From Trichinella spiralis (lineage: Eukaryota), in the NCBI RefSeq assembly GCF_000181795.1, contig NW_003526948.1, forward strand, positions 1,720,206-1,767,414: DNA of 47,209 nucleotides, read 5' to 3'. The position numbers and the translations under genes were made by a program. This document shows positions 34,450-47,170 of the stretch, one piece after another. A model generated the notes under the pieces. It was not told the origin of the DNA. It worked only from the letters and a program-made list of their open reading frames with translations, and made no database searches. How positions within the stretch are numbered: position 1 is the stretch's first letter; each line of letters opens with the position of its first letter.

Positions 34450-37022
34450 ATGCAAGGATTTGGTGGTGTTATGAACAAATTTGATAACTTAAAGCTGACA
34501 TCTGGCAAGAAACAGAAGAACAAATCGTCTTCTGTCACGTAATTATTTTATTAGAAATATTTATTTTTTAATCGAATTTTGTCATATTTAGTTTTTAATT
34601 GTTTTTTACCTAGGTATTCCAAATATGATTTCATGAGAATAAGAACAAATGTCACGGTGAAGAAAACTTGGAAGCCAATGTTGGAGTTGTGCAATAAGCA
34701 TTTTATTGACAAATTGCTAGAGGACGAAGACGAAGAGCGTGCAAGTAAAATTTCAAATTATCGTTTCTAACAATTAAAACTTACAAGTGTCTCTGTCTCT
34801 CTCTCTCTCGAATTGTATACGATGTTCATAATTTTAGTAAGATATGAGAGTTTTCGTGAAGCAGCCTATCGGGCAAACCAGCGCGTTATGCAATCGGTGC
34901 CACAAAGGCATGTTGTTAACCAGCAACACCGAATGCCTCCTCTTAACCAGATGCAGACTGCTTTTAACAGACATCCATCTCCCACGATGGTGAATCGTGG
35001 CAGCTATTTTCATCATCCACAAAGCGGAGGCATGGGCAGTGGTTATGGTTCCAGATGGGGAAATACCCAGAGCTTCACTGGTGACAACTTTCTTACCTAC
35101 GGAGAACAGAGAGACAGGCAAACTTTCACTGGTGGTTACGGTAATCATGGTGCACAGTATCATTTTGAGGATCCCTCTTTTTGTGGGGATAGAAAGCGAT
35201 TTGGAGGTCAATATGGCGACTCACAGCCATCATCTGGAGAATGCTATGACGAGCGAGCTGATGATGCTAATCGTTTGACACCGAATTCAGAACTGAGACA
35301 GCTAGAAAATCGGCTGCCATATGGACGTGATATGAACTACCAGCGAAGGGGCTATGGACGACCTTATCGTGGGTTTTTCAGGCCGCCATGTAAATTTTAT
35401 TCTTTATAAATTATGCAGGCAGATTTGTGTTGTTGTTTTGTCAGATTTATTCTTATTGAATTCCAATTGTCATTTGCAGAGTAGGGCCTTTCGGTATGGA
35501 ATGTGCATTATTATATATTTTGTTCTGTGTTGTGATTCTTGATTGCATTGCACGTTTAATCCATTTATTTTTAGTCATGCAACGCGGCTATCGTCATTAT
35601 GACTTTTCACTGCCAGAGGTATTTTTTTATGAAGGAAGGCATTCTTTTTTTAAAAAACAAACCTTGAGAGGCACAATTTGAGAGGTGAGATGAAACAATC
35701 TTATTGGTTAGAGATTACATCACAAGTAATAAATACCTCGATTGCAAGCTTGGCATTCTTTTTTTGGTTAATGTTTGTTACTTTATTGAAATTAATATTA
35801 TTATCACTGGTTTGATTCGGGTTATTATTTCGTACACAGACAAGTTGCATAGTGTGGTGTAAAAGGAAATGGAAAACAGCTAAATTTGAAAATGATGTTA
35901 GTGAACCTTTTTTAACAATATTTTTGCAATTTCTAGAAAGAAAGAAAACTTTATGATGCTTTGCTTCCGTTTGATTACAATGCAGTGGCAGATGTGGTTC
36001 TTGGAGAAAATTCTGTTGACATTCATCCAAAGCTAATGGATTTGATTAGAAATTACGGCGCGATCAGAGGTGACAGGGTAAATGTTGATGCGCAGAAATA
36101 TGCATTGAAACAGTTTCTGCTGTGCTTTTTTCTTTTTAGCCATCAGATACAGTAGAAGCGAGACAAACTGAAAACAGCAGGGTGGAAATAGAGGCCAAGC
36201 TTGAAAAGCAGATTGTTCAATGCTCTGCTGAAATTGTTTTTAAAGATGTTCAAGTTTTCGAATCAGGAAGCGGATCATTTAAGCAGGTGAAATTATATTA
36301 TCATTTATACGATGAAGAAGAAGTATCGTAAATATTTTCGTTTTAGGCAAAATCAAAAGCGAAAAAAGCTTCTTCTAATACTAAAAAGAAAAATAAGGTA
36401 CTTTTGTTCGTATTTAATACCTGATCTCTTTTTATCATAATTTGTTATACCGCAGGTTAACAGTGGTGATCAGATCTACTTAAGGGTGGCGAATTCGCCT
36501 AGGATGAGCGGTTTCAATTTATTTTGCTTTTTGTACCATATATTTTGAATTTTTGATGGTTATTTTTAGGATATTATTCGCCGCGTCAGCTTTTAGCACT
36601 CATGAAACTGGGCGTGATTGAAATGACTTCAGAATTGAAACTACCAGGAAGTTCGGAATTTCAGACTTTACGTATGCAGATGGTTTTATTTATATTTAAA
36701 CTTTAATTATTTGCTGTTGGTTATCTCCTTTCTTTAGGCGACGTAATTCGTGTTCATGGTACGGTCCCAGGTTTCGAAAAGGAATTAGATTTGCTCCCAA
36801 GTTTGATGTTATTCATATTTTTTTAATTATCATACAGCATTTTTTTCTTATTTCAGGTAGCTCGAGCGACGGGCGGGAATCTGTATGGAGAGATAGAATT
36901 AATGGTGAGAAATTGTTTTACAATAATTAACTGTGAAGACAAATTGAAAGAATATTTTGTTGTAGACGATTGTTTTCCGTGTTGGTTTAATGAATTTTAC
37001 TTTTATTTCAGATAATAAGTGA
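34450..37022 (+). CDS. Divergent GIGYF-like protein: eIF4E-binding-like motif, Gly/Tyr/Arg-rich disordered region, degenerate GYF domain
   Basis: About 10 exons with GT-AG sites. VTYSKYDFMRIR lies near the N-terminus; QIYLRVANSPRMSGYYSPRQLLALMKLGVIEMTSELKLPGSSEFQTLRDVIRVHGTVPGF lies near the C-terminus. The final exon is ambiguous (stop at 36930 or 37022). Confidence 0.7.
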
Positions 37023-37431
37023 ATACTTTTCGTCCTTGAAATTGATCAGTATGCATTTTAGCGGTGGGTATTTGTGTTAAAGAATTTGTATATGTTGCCT
37101 GTATGTGCTTAATGAACTGTTTTTTTCTCATTTTAGAATAATATTTGTTTATGTTTTGCCATTTGGATATGCTGTTAAATTGCGTCATGCAATTGATATT
37201 GTTTGCATATTTTATCGTCAGTTATAACGTTTATATTTATTTGTTATAATAAAAAATTAGAATAGTACTGTTTTTTTTATTTTACTTTTAAACATTGATC
37301 ATTGAGCCAGTTCATTTTACAGCTTTGATGGACTTTGTTTTTGCAAATTTCATGCCACGATATTTGTTGCGTACTGATTAATATTTATTTTATTGCTATA
37401 AATTGAAAAGTACAATTTGCATGTTGAAAAT

Positions 37432-39452
37432 TTAGAATGGAGATTTTAGCTGCTCTGCGTGATTTGTTGAATTTAAAGCTTCAGCTTTGTTCAAGTGATC
37501 ATCATCATCATCATTGTGCTGTTGTTCGCCTTTAGATGGAACAGTATTTTCAGCATCTTGAAATGTGTGTTGAACAGTGTCAGCATTGTTGTTGTAAATG
37601 TGTGATGTTTGATTTGCTGGTTTCAGATGCAACGTCAACGGCGTCAGATTGTTTTCTGCTTGATCGTCACTTGCGGCATTGTCGTTTGGTTGCAAGTATC
37701 GGTTGCGATGAGGATTGGAAAATGAATCTGGCAATGCGTAGAACGGTGACTGATGATTGTTGGGCGTTGGATTCCAGCTGTCGTGTTCTATGGGATACAG
37801 TAGTGGTTCCAGTGGGTTGAACGTGTTCAATGGATCTGTACTGAAACTCGGCGTCCATCGACCGACACTGGCCCTGCTTTCATACGGCTTGTGCTTGGAC
37901 GGCTGGATAGATGGATTGACAATTTCTCGCCCAGACTGATCTTGCCTGGATGATGCTTGCGTCGGTTCGAACATTGAATATGGAAACCCAGGAAATAGTT
38001 CATTTACATCGTCAGTTGATTGGACCGCTGGAATTGGCATTTCTGTTTGTGGAGGCTGTTTTCCTTCGTTGGGATTGTAATTTTGGTCTATGAAGCCGTG
38101 ACGTTTTTCTTTGTTTAATACGTTCGTGTCGTACATATTGGCCCCGATTGGATGGAAATAGTTTAAATTTGACTGATGATAATTTTTTGGTACAGCATTT
38201 GGAAAAAATGCGTTGATGAATTGTTGGAAGTTGTGAGCCGCTGGATTAAAATCCATTGGCATCATTGGATGATTAAGATTAGGATTGGGATTGTTGTTGT
38301 TGTTGTTGTTGTTGCTGCTGCTGCTGCTGTGGCTGAAGCTGTTGGCATAAGGCGATACAGGCGGGAAATTTAGCGGCATTTGGTTTGCTGGCATGTTTTC
38401 ATTCGAATATGGGAAAACGTTGTTGCTGTTCTGTGTACTTGGAGAAGGAGGAAATATTGTCTGATCACCGTGCGGCGGTGATGGTGGTGGTTGCATCATC
38501 ATCTGTGACATTGGAAACTGATTGTTCATTTGCTGTGGGACGACATTTGGCATCCAACTATTATCCATTGAAGGTAAAAAATTGCTCGGTCCCGTGGACC
38601 AAGGTCCAAATTGTGGTGTTGGGTTGCCGTTGGGTGAAATGTGTATCGGCGGGAAAGGACCCGCTGTGCTCTTTTTTTCCTGGTAACCTTTACGCTCGTC
38701 TTCTGAAATTTGTTTCACATTGACGAAGCTCTGCGAATCAGAGCTCTTGTCATCAGGAAACGCTGAATTCGGGAATACCACAGGCGACCAGTCGACAGGA
38801 GTGGAAGATTGGGCTTTGCCATCGTTGGAAAACATGTTAACATTTAAATAATCCAACGGGTTGAATGCGTAAAGATTGGGCATCTTGTAGATGTTCATAT
38901 TTTGTTCAGTTTGGTCTGCATTGTTGGATATTTCTTCTGCTGCGTTCGGCTTTGCATGGTCAGTAACAATTGGTCGCGCTGAAGTAAAAATGTGCAGTTA
39001 TCAATTATGGAAAATCAGCCCTGTATTTATTGTTCGTTCTGATTTTACCGTTGCATATATAGATTGTTCCTATATGGCAACTCCTTTTTTATATGTGAAA
39101 AAATATTTTGAGATAAAGCACAATTTGATTTTTATCTGATTTCTGTATTTTTTATTTGATTGTAATGAAATGTTAATCCGGTTGACATGAAATGATAAAT
39201 ATAAATGAATAAATAAATGAGCAGACACGCACACACACACACACACACATCTTTTTATCAGTGTTAAATGTGTCAACCCGGAAAAAATCCTCGTTGTTAA
39301 ATTGCAAATCTGACTTTGCCTTAATAATATGGATATTTGAATAAACACATATTTAAGAAGAAAATAAATCGATTCAAAATACCTGGATGTGAAAAGATCA
39401 CGTCGAAAACAATGCAAAGCGTACAGAAGCGAAGGCTGAGGAGCGGTTGCAT
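37432..39452 (-). CDS. Predicted secreted Pro/Asn/Gln/Ser-rich low-complexity protein, ~538 aa, 2 exons
   Basis: Exon 1 (39452-39383), MQPLLSLRFCTLCIVFDVIFSHP, is signal-peptide-like and splices in phase 1 to exon 2 (38978-37432), which contains the 488-aa ORF. Poly-S/poly-N tract at ~38290-38330. Confidence 0.8.
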
Positions 39453-40976
39453 AACGAACGATGTTACGTCTGGAATGAGTCCCCATTGGACGGGATGTTG
39501 GTATTTAAATGAACTTAGTCACGCGTTGTTGTTGACCAAAAGCACAGCTTTACCATAAAATCGAAAATTTCTGCTGAATTGAATAGCACGCAGTTCCGCT
39601 TTGTAAAGCGGGCACTTTCCGTCACCTGACGTTCTCTGTTGTGAATAAATAATTTTGTCACAGTCACTATTGACTGACCACTTGAACAGGTACACAGCGG
39701 TCAGTTTCAAATTTGTTTACCTTATATCACTTCTGCATATACAACTGGCTGATAAAATTTGGATTCACGCTATCGTGAAAACTTTATGACCTGACTGACG
39801 ACTAATTGAAAGCGTCACTAATAAATAAACCTGAACACCTTTTCACTGCGTCATAAGTGTTCTTTTATACAGGGGTTCCTATTGGTGCTTGGCTTCCAAC
39901 TTGTACCTTTTCTTCATTCACTGCGCTAAATCAAGCACACGCACTTTCCTCAATTATTCATAACATTCACGAGTGGCTCACTTTCAAGACATCTCTATCT
40001 CTGTCTCTATCAGACGACTTCCAAGCATCAGGGAAACTGCAACTTGGGCATTGATTGCACTCATTCATATGCTTGAAAAATTTTTTATTCGACTTTTAAA
40101 CGCTCAATTTGAAAAAAGTAACAACTTTTATTCAGTCAGACTTTTTCCAAACTAATTATACAGAATGCACTTTATCCATTTCGAAACCCTAAACAAAAAT
40201 ACTTCACTGTCAAACTTCATTCAAATAGTCTACTTTTATTTATTTAAATCTATTTGAAAGGTGATAAAAATTTATTCGTTGAAAATGTTGGGATGAACAA
40301 AAATGAAAGCGTCGTTCATTAAAATCAAAAGAATCTTTTACATTTATATACTATATGCTTATTGCTTTAAAGATCTGCAATGACCTGAAAAAATTTCAAA
40401 GCAGTTTTATTGTACAGCAAAGAAAAATTACAATTTTGACATCAAAAGTACTCCATAAAAATTTTATTGAAAATTTTTATAAATGAAGCTATGCACTAAT
40501 TTTTTTTATTATTGCACTTATTTTGAATTATGTCACACAAGGAAGCTAGTCATGGTTATGTGCCTGTAGTTCTTTCGGATTCGTAAAGTTGAACAAAACT
40601 AATTGGCACAAAGCATAATTTTTTAATAAAGCAAGCTGAAGTATTTTATATTATCTAAGAAAGTTTTTAACATAAAAAATAGTTATATAAATTACGTAAA
40701 ATACATCAGAATGTTCATCTGAATATCTGAATTTCAAAATTATACCTGCATTTTTTTAAATTTTTGTAAGACAATTTTCATGAAAGTTGATATTGTTTTA
40801 TCAGATGATTTTTAAATGTACTGAAAAAAAATAATTTTGCTGATTCCATTTCATCATGGTGCACGAGCATTTCTTTCATTTATACTGTCAATTTTGAGTA
40901 ACTTTTATTTAGTGTTGATTGATTTTGTGTTTGTATTTTTTGCACACAGTTATTCTTTAAAAATTTTGTTGTATTA

Positions 40977-42150
40977 ATGGACAAACCACGTGAATTTGTT
41001 ACTGAAGATCAGTTGAGTGAGGAAAGAAAATTACGTCAACAGGAATGGGAAAGAGTTCGTCGAAGCGATCAACCTAAAGGTGAAATTGTGTTCGTTGAAT
41101 TCACAATTGTGTACAATTTGATTCAACTTGGTTGTTTAAATTTTTTGGTTAAACGACTGTTAATACTTTAATTTACAAATGCAAACTTGTCCTTTGTCTG
41201 AATTTTAATTAAACATTTGCAATTTATTGCTTTATTTTTTTATTTCTATTGAAAATGATTTAGAAGCTCCTGAACCTGAGATTGATTGCAGACCATTGTA
41301 TGTAAGACTTCAAGAACAGCGTGAAAAGAGCCAAATGGAATTTGAAGAATCAGTTCGATTAAGTAAGCACAAATCTTTTTAACGGTTTAAATGTTTTTAC
41401 TGGAAAGCTTTTGTTTTTTTTATTTGTTTAAAATGTAATTCTTGTATTCAACGTTCAATAAGACTAAATAAGAAGTAGTAGTAGTAGTAGTAAAGAAGAA
41501 GTAAATTAACTGAATGAAATAAAGCAGACAAATAGAAGTGTATTGTGTTGATTTCTTTTCTTTACTTACGTTGCTTTCGAGAGAGCAGATTTTTTGTTGA
41601 ATTTGTTTTTCACGTGTTGATTTTTTAAGTGCGAGTTTAAAAGTAATGCAAGTTGTTCAATATGAACAATTATTTGAATGCTCCCTTGCACAGCTGTAGA
41701 AATTAATTATAATTTTATTGAAATATCTGGGTTAAAAATATTATTCTCCCAAATATGTACATTTACAGAGCACAGCATCCGTGGCTTAGACGAAGAGGAA
41801 GTGGGCTTTTTACATCTGATCGATTGTGTTCGTGAAAGAGAACAAAAGAAAATCAAATCTGAAGAAGATGAACTTATTGAAGAAGTGCGAAAGAAACAAT
41901 CTGAGCTTACAGATGAAAGTCCTGTGAAGCTGAATTTAACTGAGCCATCAACCACCAAGGTAACAGAGAAAAAGCCGAAACCGGTCAATAAACAAGCAAA
42001 GCTGCTATTAAAAGCAATAAAGCGGAAAAGGTACTGCCGTTAAATGTAATAAAATAATCATATTAAAAATTTTCTATTTTTTTAAAATGCAGTTCTAACG
42101 AATCGTCGTCTGAATCACAATCTTCAAAAACTTCAAAGTTTTCTTTGTAG
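40977..42150 (+). CDS. PSME3IP1: PSME3-interacting protein (FAM192A/NIP30), 4 exons
   Basis: FVTEDQLSEERKLRQQEWERVRRSDQPKEAPEPEIDCRPLYVRLQEQREKSQMEFEESVRLKHSIRGLDEEEVGFL matches the conserved NIP30 N-terminal domain. Also contains KQAKLLLKAIKRK. Confidence 0.92.
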
Positions 42151-43175
42151 AATATAAAATATTTACAGCATCATTTTATTTTCTTCCATTCGTTTGAAAT
42201 CATTTGAAGTAATTTTGTATTTTTCATACTGTAATAAACGAAGTTGTACTTAATTATTATTATTTGATATGTACGATTGTTTAGTTGACTAGAGAATGCT
42301 GAGGATGAGAATGATGGTTCGGAACGTTTCATTGTCCCATGTTTCAGTTTAATTGCTAGCTTTAGCAGCACAAACGAGATCGCTATGATGAACATCTGTA
42401 TATGGTGTAATGGTTCAGAAATTGCAAGGAAAATTGCATATTTTTTGTAAATGTACAAATCACAGAGAAACGTTTCACTGATGAACTGACAGCTATGTGT
42501 GTTTCGAATTTGGGAAAGCGATTTCCATCTTTGCAAGCGTGCTGGTCACTACAAGATAAAATACTAGGCTTGATTGATTAATTACTTTTCAAATGAGGCG
42601 AATTTTTCCACTGCATGCAAAGTAAATTTCATCTTGGTTATTATATTTTTGTTGCATTATTTTCGTTTTTTGGAAATTTTTCTAATTCGAATTTCCATTC
42701 TGCATTTTCATATGTTTTAGTATATGCTGATCAATGGATCGTTGTCGTCGATGAAACTATGCTCAAAGAAATGGAATATTTATTGACAATATTATTTGTT
42801 AAGTGTGCCATTGTTAAAAGTTATATTTGCAACAGTAGCATTTCAATGCGAGGTTTAATTTTTCAGAAAGAAAAAATAAATAAATAAGCTGCTTTGCATA
42901 TGTAATTATGCAATTTGATTTGAAAAAAATTTGTTGCTGTTCTTGTTGAAGATGATGATGATGATTTTACTTCTTGAATTATAGAAAGTTCTATTTAATT
43001 CTTCACTTGCACCTATTGAATAATTTGTTTTAGCTTATTGAGTTTTCGGTAGGTCAAATACTTAAAGGTTTGACAGTTGGTTATTGAGGTAAGTAAAGAA
43101 AATTAACAGATGCTTAACAAATAAGTTTTTGCAAAGGATAGTCTTGATAACTGATTGTTTGAGGTACGAGTGAAA

Positions 43176-43759
43176 ATGACCGACGATAAACAAGTGTCTG
43201 CAAACTCAGACAATGATGACGAAGGTGAAATGGTTGTTCATCGTGCTGACGAAGTCACAGAATTAAGTAAATGTTATTATTTTGAAAAGCTTTTCGTTCC
43301 ATTAAAACTTTCTAATTTATTTAGAACGGTTTGATGCTAAATGTGAGGAGGGTGAACCTAATGGAAGAAAACGTCATCATCAGCCAGATCTAGGTATATT
43401 TCATGTAAATTATTGCATGTGTTTTTCTCTTTCAGCTTTGCCGAATGCAGACGAGCTGTTATTTATTTTATGAATAAAGAATTTGAAAATGGGACATTTT
43501 ATTTATTTCAATTTTAGAAAAAACGGACACTGATGATGGGGAAAATGAAGCAAAGAAGTACAGATCAAGTGCAGAGTCGAATCAGCAGGCAAAGGGTAGC
43601 GAGCGTTCGGATACGGTACAGCATTTGGACAGCACCAGCACCAGCAGTCGCAGTAACAGCAGCTATGACTCCGACAGTTCTTCAGGAGCGGAAATTTTGA
43701 GTTGTTTTCTTCAGAATGCAACATGGAAGCATCGTCGAGTTTTTAGACGAAGGGAATGA
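43176..43759 (+). CDS. Small 3-exon orphan gene, 133-aa acidic/Ser-rich disordered protein with basic C-terminus
   Basis: Exons 43176-43266, 43325-43393 and 43518-43759 join in frame through GT-AG introns: MTDDKQVSANSDNDDEGE...GRKRHH...EAKKYRSS...KHRRVFRRRE*. Confidence 0.6.
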
Positions 43760-44384
43760 GCCATGCACGATAAACGCATGATTGATTGTCAATAAACTGA
43801 ACACCGACGAATGAAAATATACGTTATATTGCTGAATTATAATTTGAATTTTGAACAATTATATTCTGAATGCTGAATTATAAAATTAATGGTGTTCATT
43901 GCAGCATGTTAAAATCATCCCATGTTCCGCATCAAAATAATTGTGAATATGACAATTTCGATTCTATTCTACATGTACCACTGCTGATGACATCGTATAC
44001 AAAATGTTACAGACAAATCACCTAAAAGTTAGAAACATAAACAAGGATATCCAGTATCAGAAAAAGTGATAAAGAAGTGAAGAGAATCTCAGTATAACTT
44101 AAAACGGATATTAAATTCCAAACCACAAAAATGTTCAGAAAAAAAACCATCAAACTTCGAAATACGGAAGAAAATCAAACTGAGGCAATCTCAGCGCAGA
44201 ATTTTTACACCATGAAGATGAGAAAGATATTGAGCTGTATTATCTCAAAGCTATATTCTAATTGAACTTGTTTCTTACGGACGTTATGCCGATTTGCAAC
44301 GAGAAAGACCACACTGATAAATAAAATATTGGAACTTGATTATGAAATACGGTAGAGTGCAAGTAAAGTAAGTACATCTAGATC

Positions 44385-44554
44385 AGCATAAAATCACCTT
44401 CTCGTAATCAGCTTGAGTTTGGAAAATGCTGTGTTACGAAACGAGATATTGCAGTAACGCAAAACCAAAATGGAAATACTGGAAAAATACAGCTCGTCAA
44501 TCAGAAAATCAGGCCGAATTGTCGTTCTAGAACGCGTTTCACTTTATGAATACC
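44385..44554 (+). repeat. Dispersed repeat, inverted homolog of 27074-27224
   Basis: Shared blocks tcagcYtgagtttKgaaaatgct, atactggaaaaa, tcaatcagaaaatcaggcMgaattKtcgtYctagaa and tgaatacc. Confidence 0.85.
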
Positions 44555-44727
44555 AATGTTGCAGTTGCAGCTATTTCGCTTTCACCCACTGGAAACGCAG
44601 CTTGAATTCATTGTTTTCAAAATTACAATAATCATGATTATATTCTTACAAGGCGTATACTTTTTAATAATAACAAATAACAGCAAGGTTTGGATAATTG
44701 TTATACAATAATTTAAATATGTGCAAT

Positions 44728-45126
44728 GTGCCAAAATTAGAGGCACATTATTCCACAACTACTGGACAGATTTCGCCCAAACTCTGAAAAACATTATAAT
44801 TAATCAATGCGAATGTATAACAAGTAGAAAAACTGCAAATTTCGAAAAGAAGTTTTTCGCCGTTTTTCAAAAAAAGCAAGTCTATAGCCCATGAAATTTT
44901 CAATTGTCGAGAAACCTTGGAATCCAAAAATGGACTTTATGGGCATCAATCGATCAGGAACAATGAGAGAAGTATAACAAAACGTATTCCGGCAGTTCCT
45001 AGATGCATAGGTTCTCGGGATATCCTAAATCAAATAACTCGCTTACCAATCTATTGAGATAGGAAAAGTGCAAAATTTAAAAGCAAATTATTCCACAACA
45101 ACTGGACAGATTTCGTCCAAACCCTG
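44728..45126 (+). repeat. Two ~59-bp direct repeats (44728-44786 and 45068-45126), 340 bp apart
   Basis: Core attattccacaacWactggacagatttcgYccaaacYctg is present twice. Confidence 0.85.
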
Positions 45127-46013
45127 CATTTCTTTTTGCCGAGCAATAAAAAATGTACAGTAGCCGTATTTATCAGCAGAAATGAAGAAAATAAAAATTT
45201 GCATGCGAGGTCATTTGCTTTATTGACATAATAGAAATCATTTCAGTTTGAGGCCGTCCGTGGATGGTAGCTCAGTGTTTTGATTGGAAAATTGACTGAA
45301 GACAAACAATGATGCCAAACACAAATTTGCTTTCTATTCATTATTATTTTTTGGAATAATTTCTAAAAAATAATTTTTCAATCAACATCCAAAGTGCATG
45401 AACATGAACAATGAGAAGAAGGCGCATTTAGCAGTAAGTGGCAGTTTTTTCATTTTTAAGTCTTAATCATTTAACAATGCAGTTGAGAATCAACATTGAG
45501 CATAATTTCTCAATATATTCTCTATGAAGAATTCACAAAATAAGATGATAGGTGACTTAATAAACGCCAAATTTCCGTACAATTAAGTTTGATTAAATAC
45601 ACCTTGAACGCATTGTTTATCTACTATTAAAATATGGTCTTTCCAAAATCACCTTTGCAATAGCTAACATGCACATTCAATTGACCTTATGGCAAGCTTT
45701 TGCACGCAAAGTGTTCACTTAAAATTAGCTTCATTTGAGCTACTTGGTTTTCTGACTTAAGAAAATTTTCAGACATACTTAGGTGTGTTTTGTCTAAATG
45801 AATTTTGTTTTGTTATGGCGTTTTTTGTCAGATAGTTTATATTTTGACTGGATTTTAAATGTCAAGGTCATTTTTGAATTTTATAATAGCCATTTCCTTA
45901 TTGATAGAAATTAGCAGTGCATTTATTCTGTTCATATTGCAACGCGGCTAAGGTAAAAATTTATCTTCAGCCAAAAGTACTAACGCACTAAAAACCGGTT
46001 TCTAACGTTGCAT

Positions 46014-47170
46014 TATGCAAATAAGGATCGTTACAACGCTGCCTTATCATCAGTAAGGGTGCGTTTGTTTGTTTAATTTACGTGGCAATTGGTAGCATCG
46101 TTGAACGTTCTCTGAGTTCATTACGGGCGTTAAGTAGCTGCTGAAGGCCGCTTCACATTTACAGCCAAGTATTCCACTTTTCTGCTTTCATTTTTTAAAC
46201 TTTGCNNNNNNNNNNTAAAGTGAGGGATAAGTTTTGATTTATTATCCATTATACCAGTTTAAGATGGAGCGAAGAAAATGTGAAAACACCGGACGGCACG
46301 AAGCAGACAAGAGAAGGCGATAGGTAAATGCCATTTCTTGTGGATCTGTAAAGCAAGGCTAAGGATACTTCGAAAGGGTGAAGTTATTCCTTAGTTTAAT
46401 GAAATTATTCAAGTTTGTAGTATGTAGTATATGAGTGAGACATTTTTCACAGCAAAACTGTTCTTTTTGATTTTCATATTAAGATTAGGTATGACTTCAT
46501 CTTTAGAAAGATTGAAAATTAATTAACTTTTTTTCACTTTAAATTATTTTTTCAAATTTCACAGCATCAGAGACATTTGGTAAATTACATCTTTTGTTTG
46601 ATTAAGTTTGTTTGTCAGCATACGCATCGATTGTGCTTATATTTTAGTGAAAACATTATGCGATGAGTTCCATTTATGTAGGTCATTCGCTGTGCTTGAG
46701 GTTTGAATTTTCCTAATTTCATAGCGTCCGGTTAGAATTAATTCCTCGTCCAGAAAATTTTCCAATCAACTCAAACCGATTTCTATTGCTACAGTATGCA
46801 AATGAGTATCGCTTGAAAATTATCAATCAGTAATGGTGCGCTTGTTTGTTTGACTTGCGTGGCATGTAACAGCATCGTCAAACGTCAAACGTTCCCGTTA
46901 AGTAACTACTGAAGTCGGTTTTTAATTGTTGAAAGTATTTAAAGTTTTCTCGTTCTTACTTTTTTTCGAAACTCTCTGTATATAATCATTTTGTTAAGGT
47001 TATCTTTAATTGAAAATCAGTTACTTCTTTTATTTCAAAATTCTTTGTTTAATTTTTTAATTCCACTGTGTAATAAAGTGCGAAAAGTTAAGATTTAACA
47101 TTTACCATTCTTACAGATATGATCAATGAAGAAAAGAAGAAGTGAAAACGCGGACAACACGAAGCAGATC
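46014..47170 (+). repeat. Diverged tandem duplication (~46014-46310 vs ~46795-47170)
   Basis: Shared blocks tatgcaaat, atcagtaaKggtgcgYttgtttgttt, cgtggca, agcatcgt, cgttaagtaRctRctgaag and gtgaaaac..cggac.gcacgaagcaga. Confidence 0.8.
46206..46215. other. Assembly gap (N10)
   Basis: Ten N bases. Confidence 1.

Noticed and set aside
12680..39250. Scattered simple repeats: (ATAAATTT)n ~12680-12715, (TAT)n ~21268-21292, (TGTAA)n ~21543-21570, (TA)n ~29303-29324, (CA)n ~39224-39249
   Set aside because: Ordinary microsatellites for an AT-rich eukaryotic genome.
7138..42150. Functional proteasome cluster (PSMB4 and PSME3IP1 in one window)
   Set aside because: They are over 30 kb apart with many unrelated genes between, so chance is sufficient.
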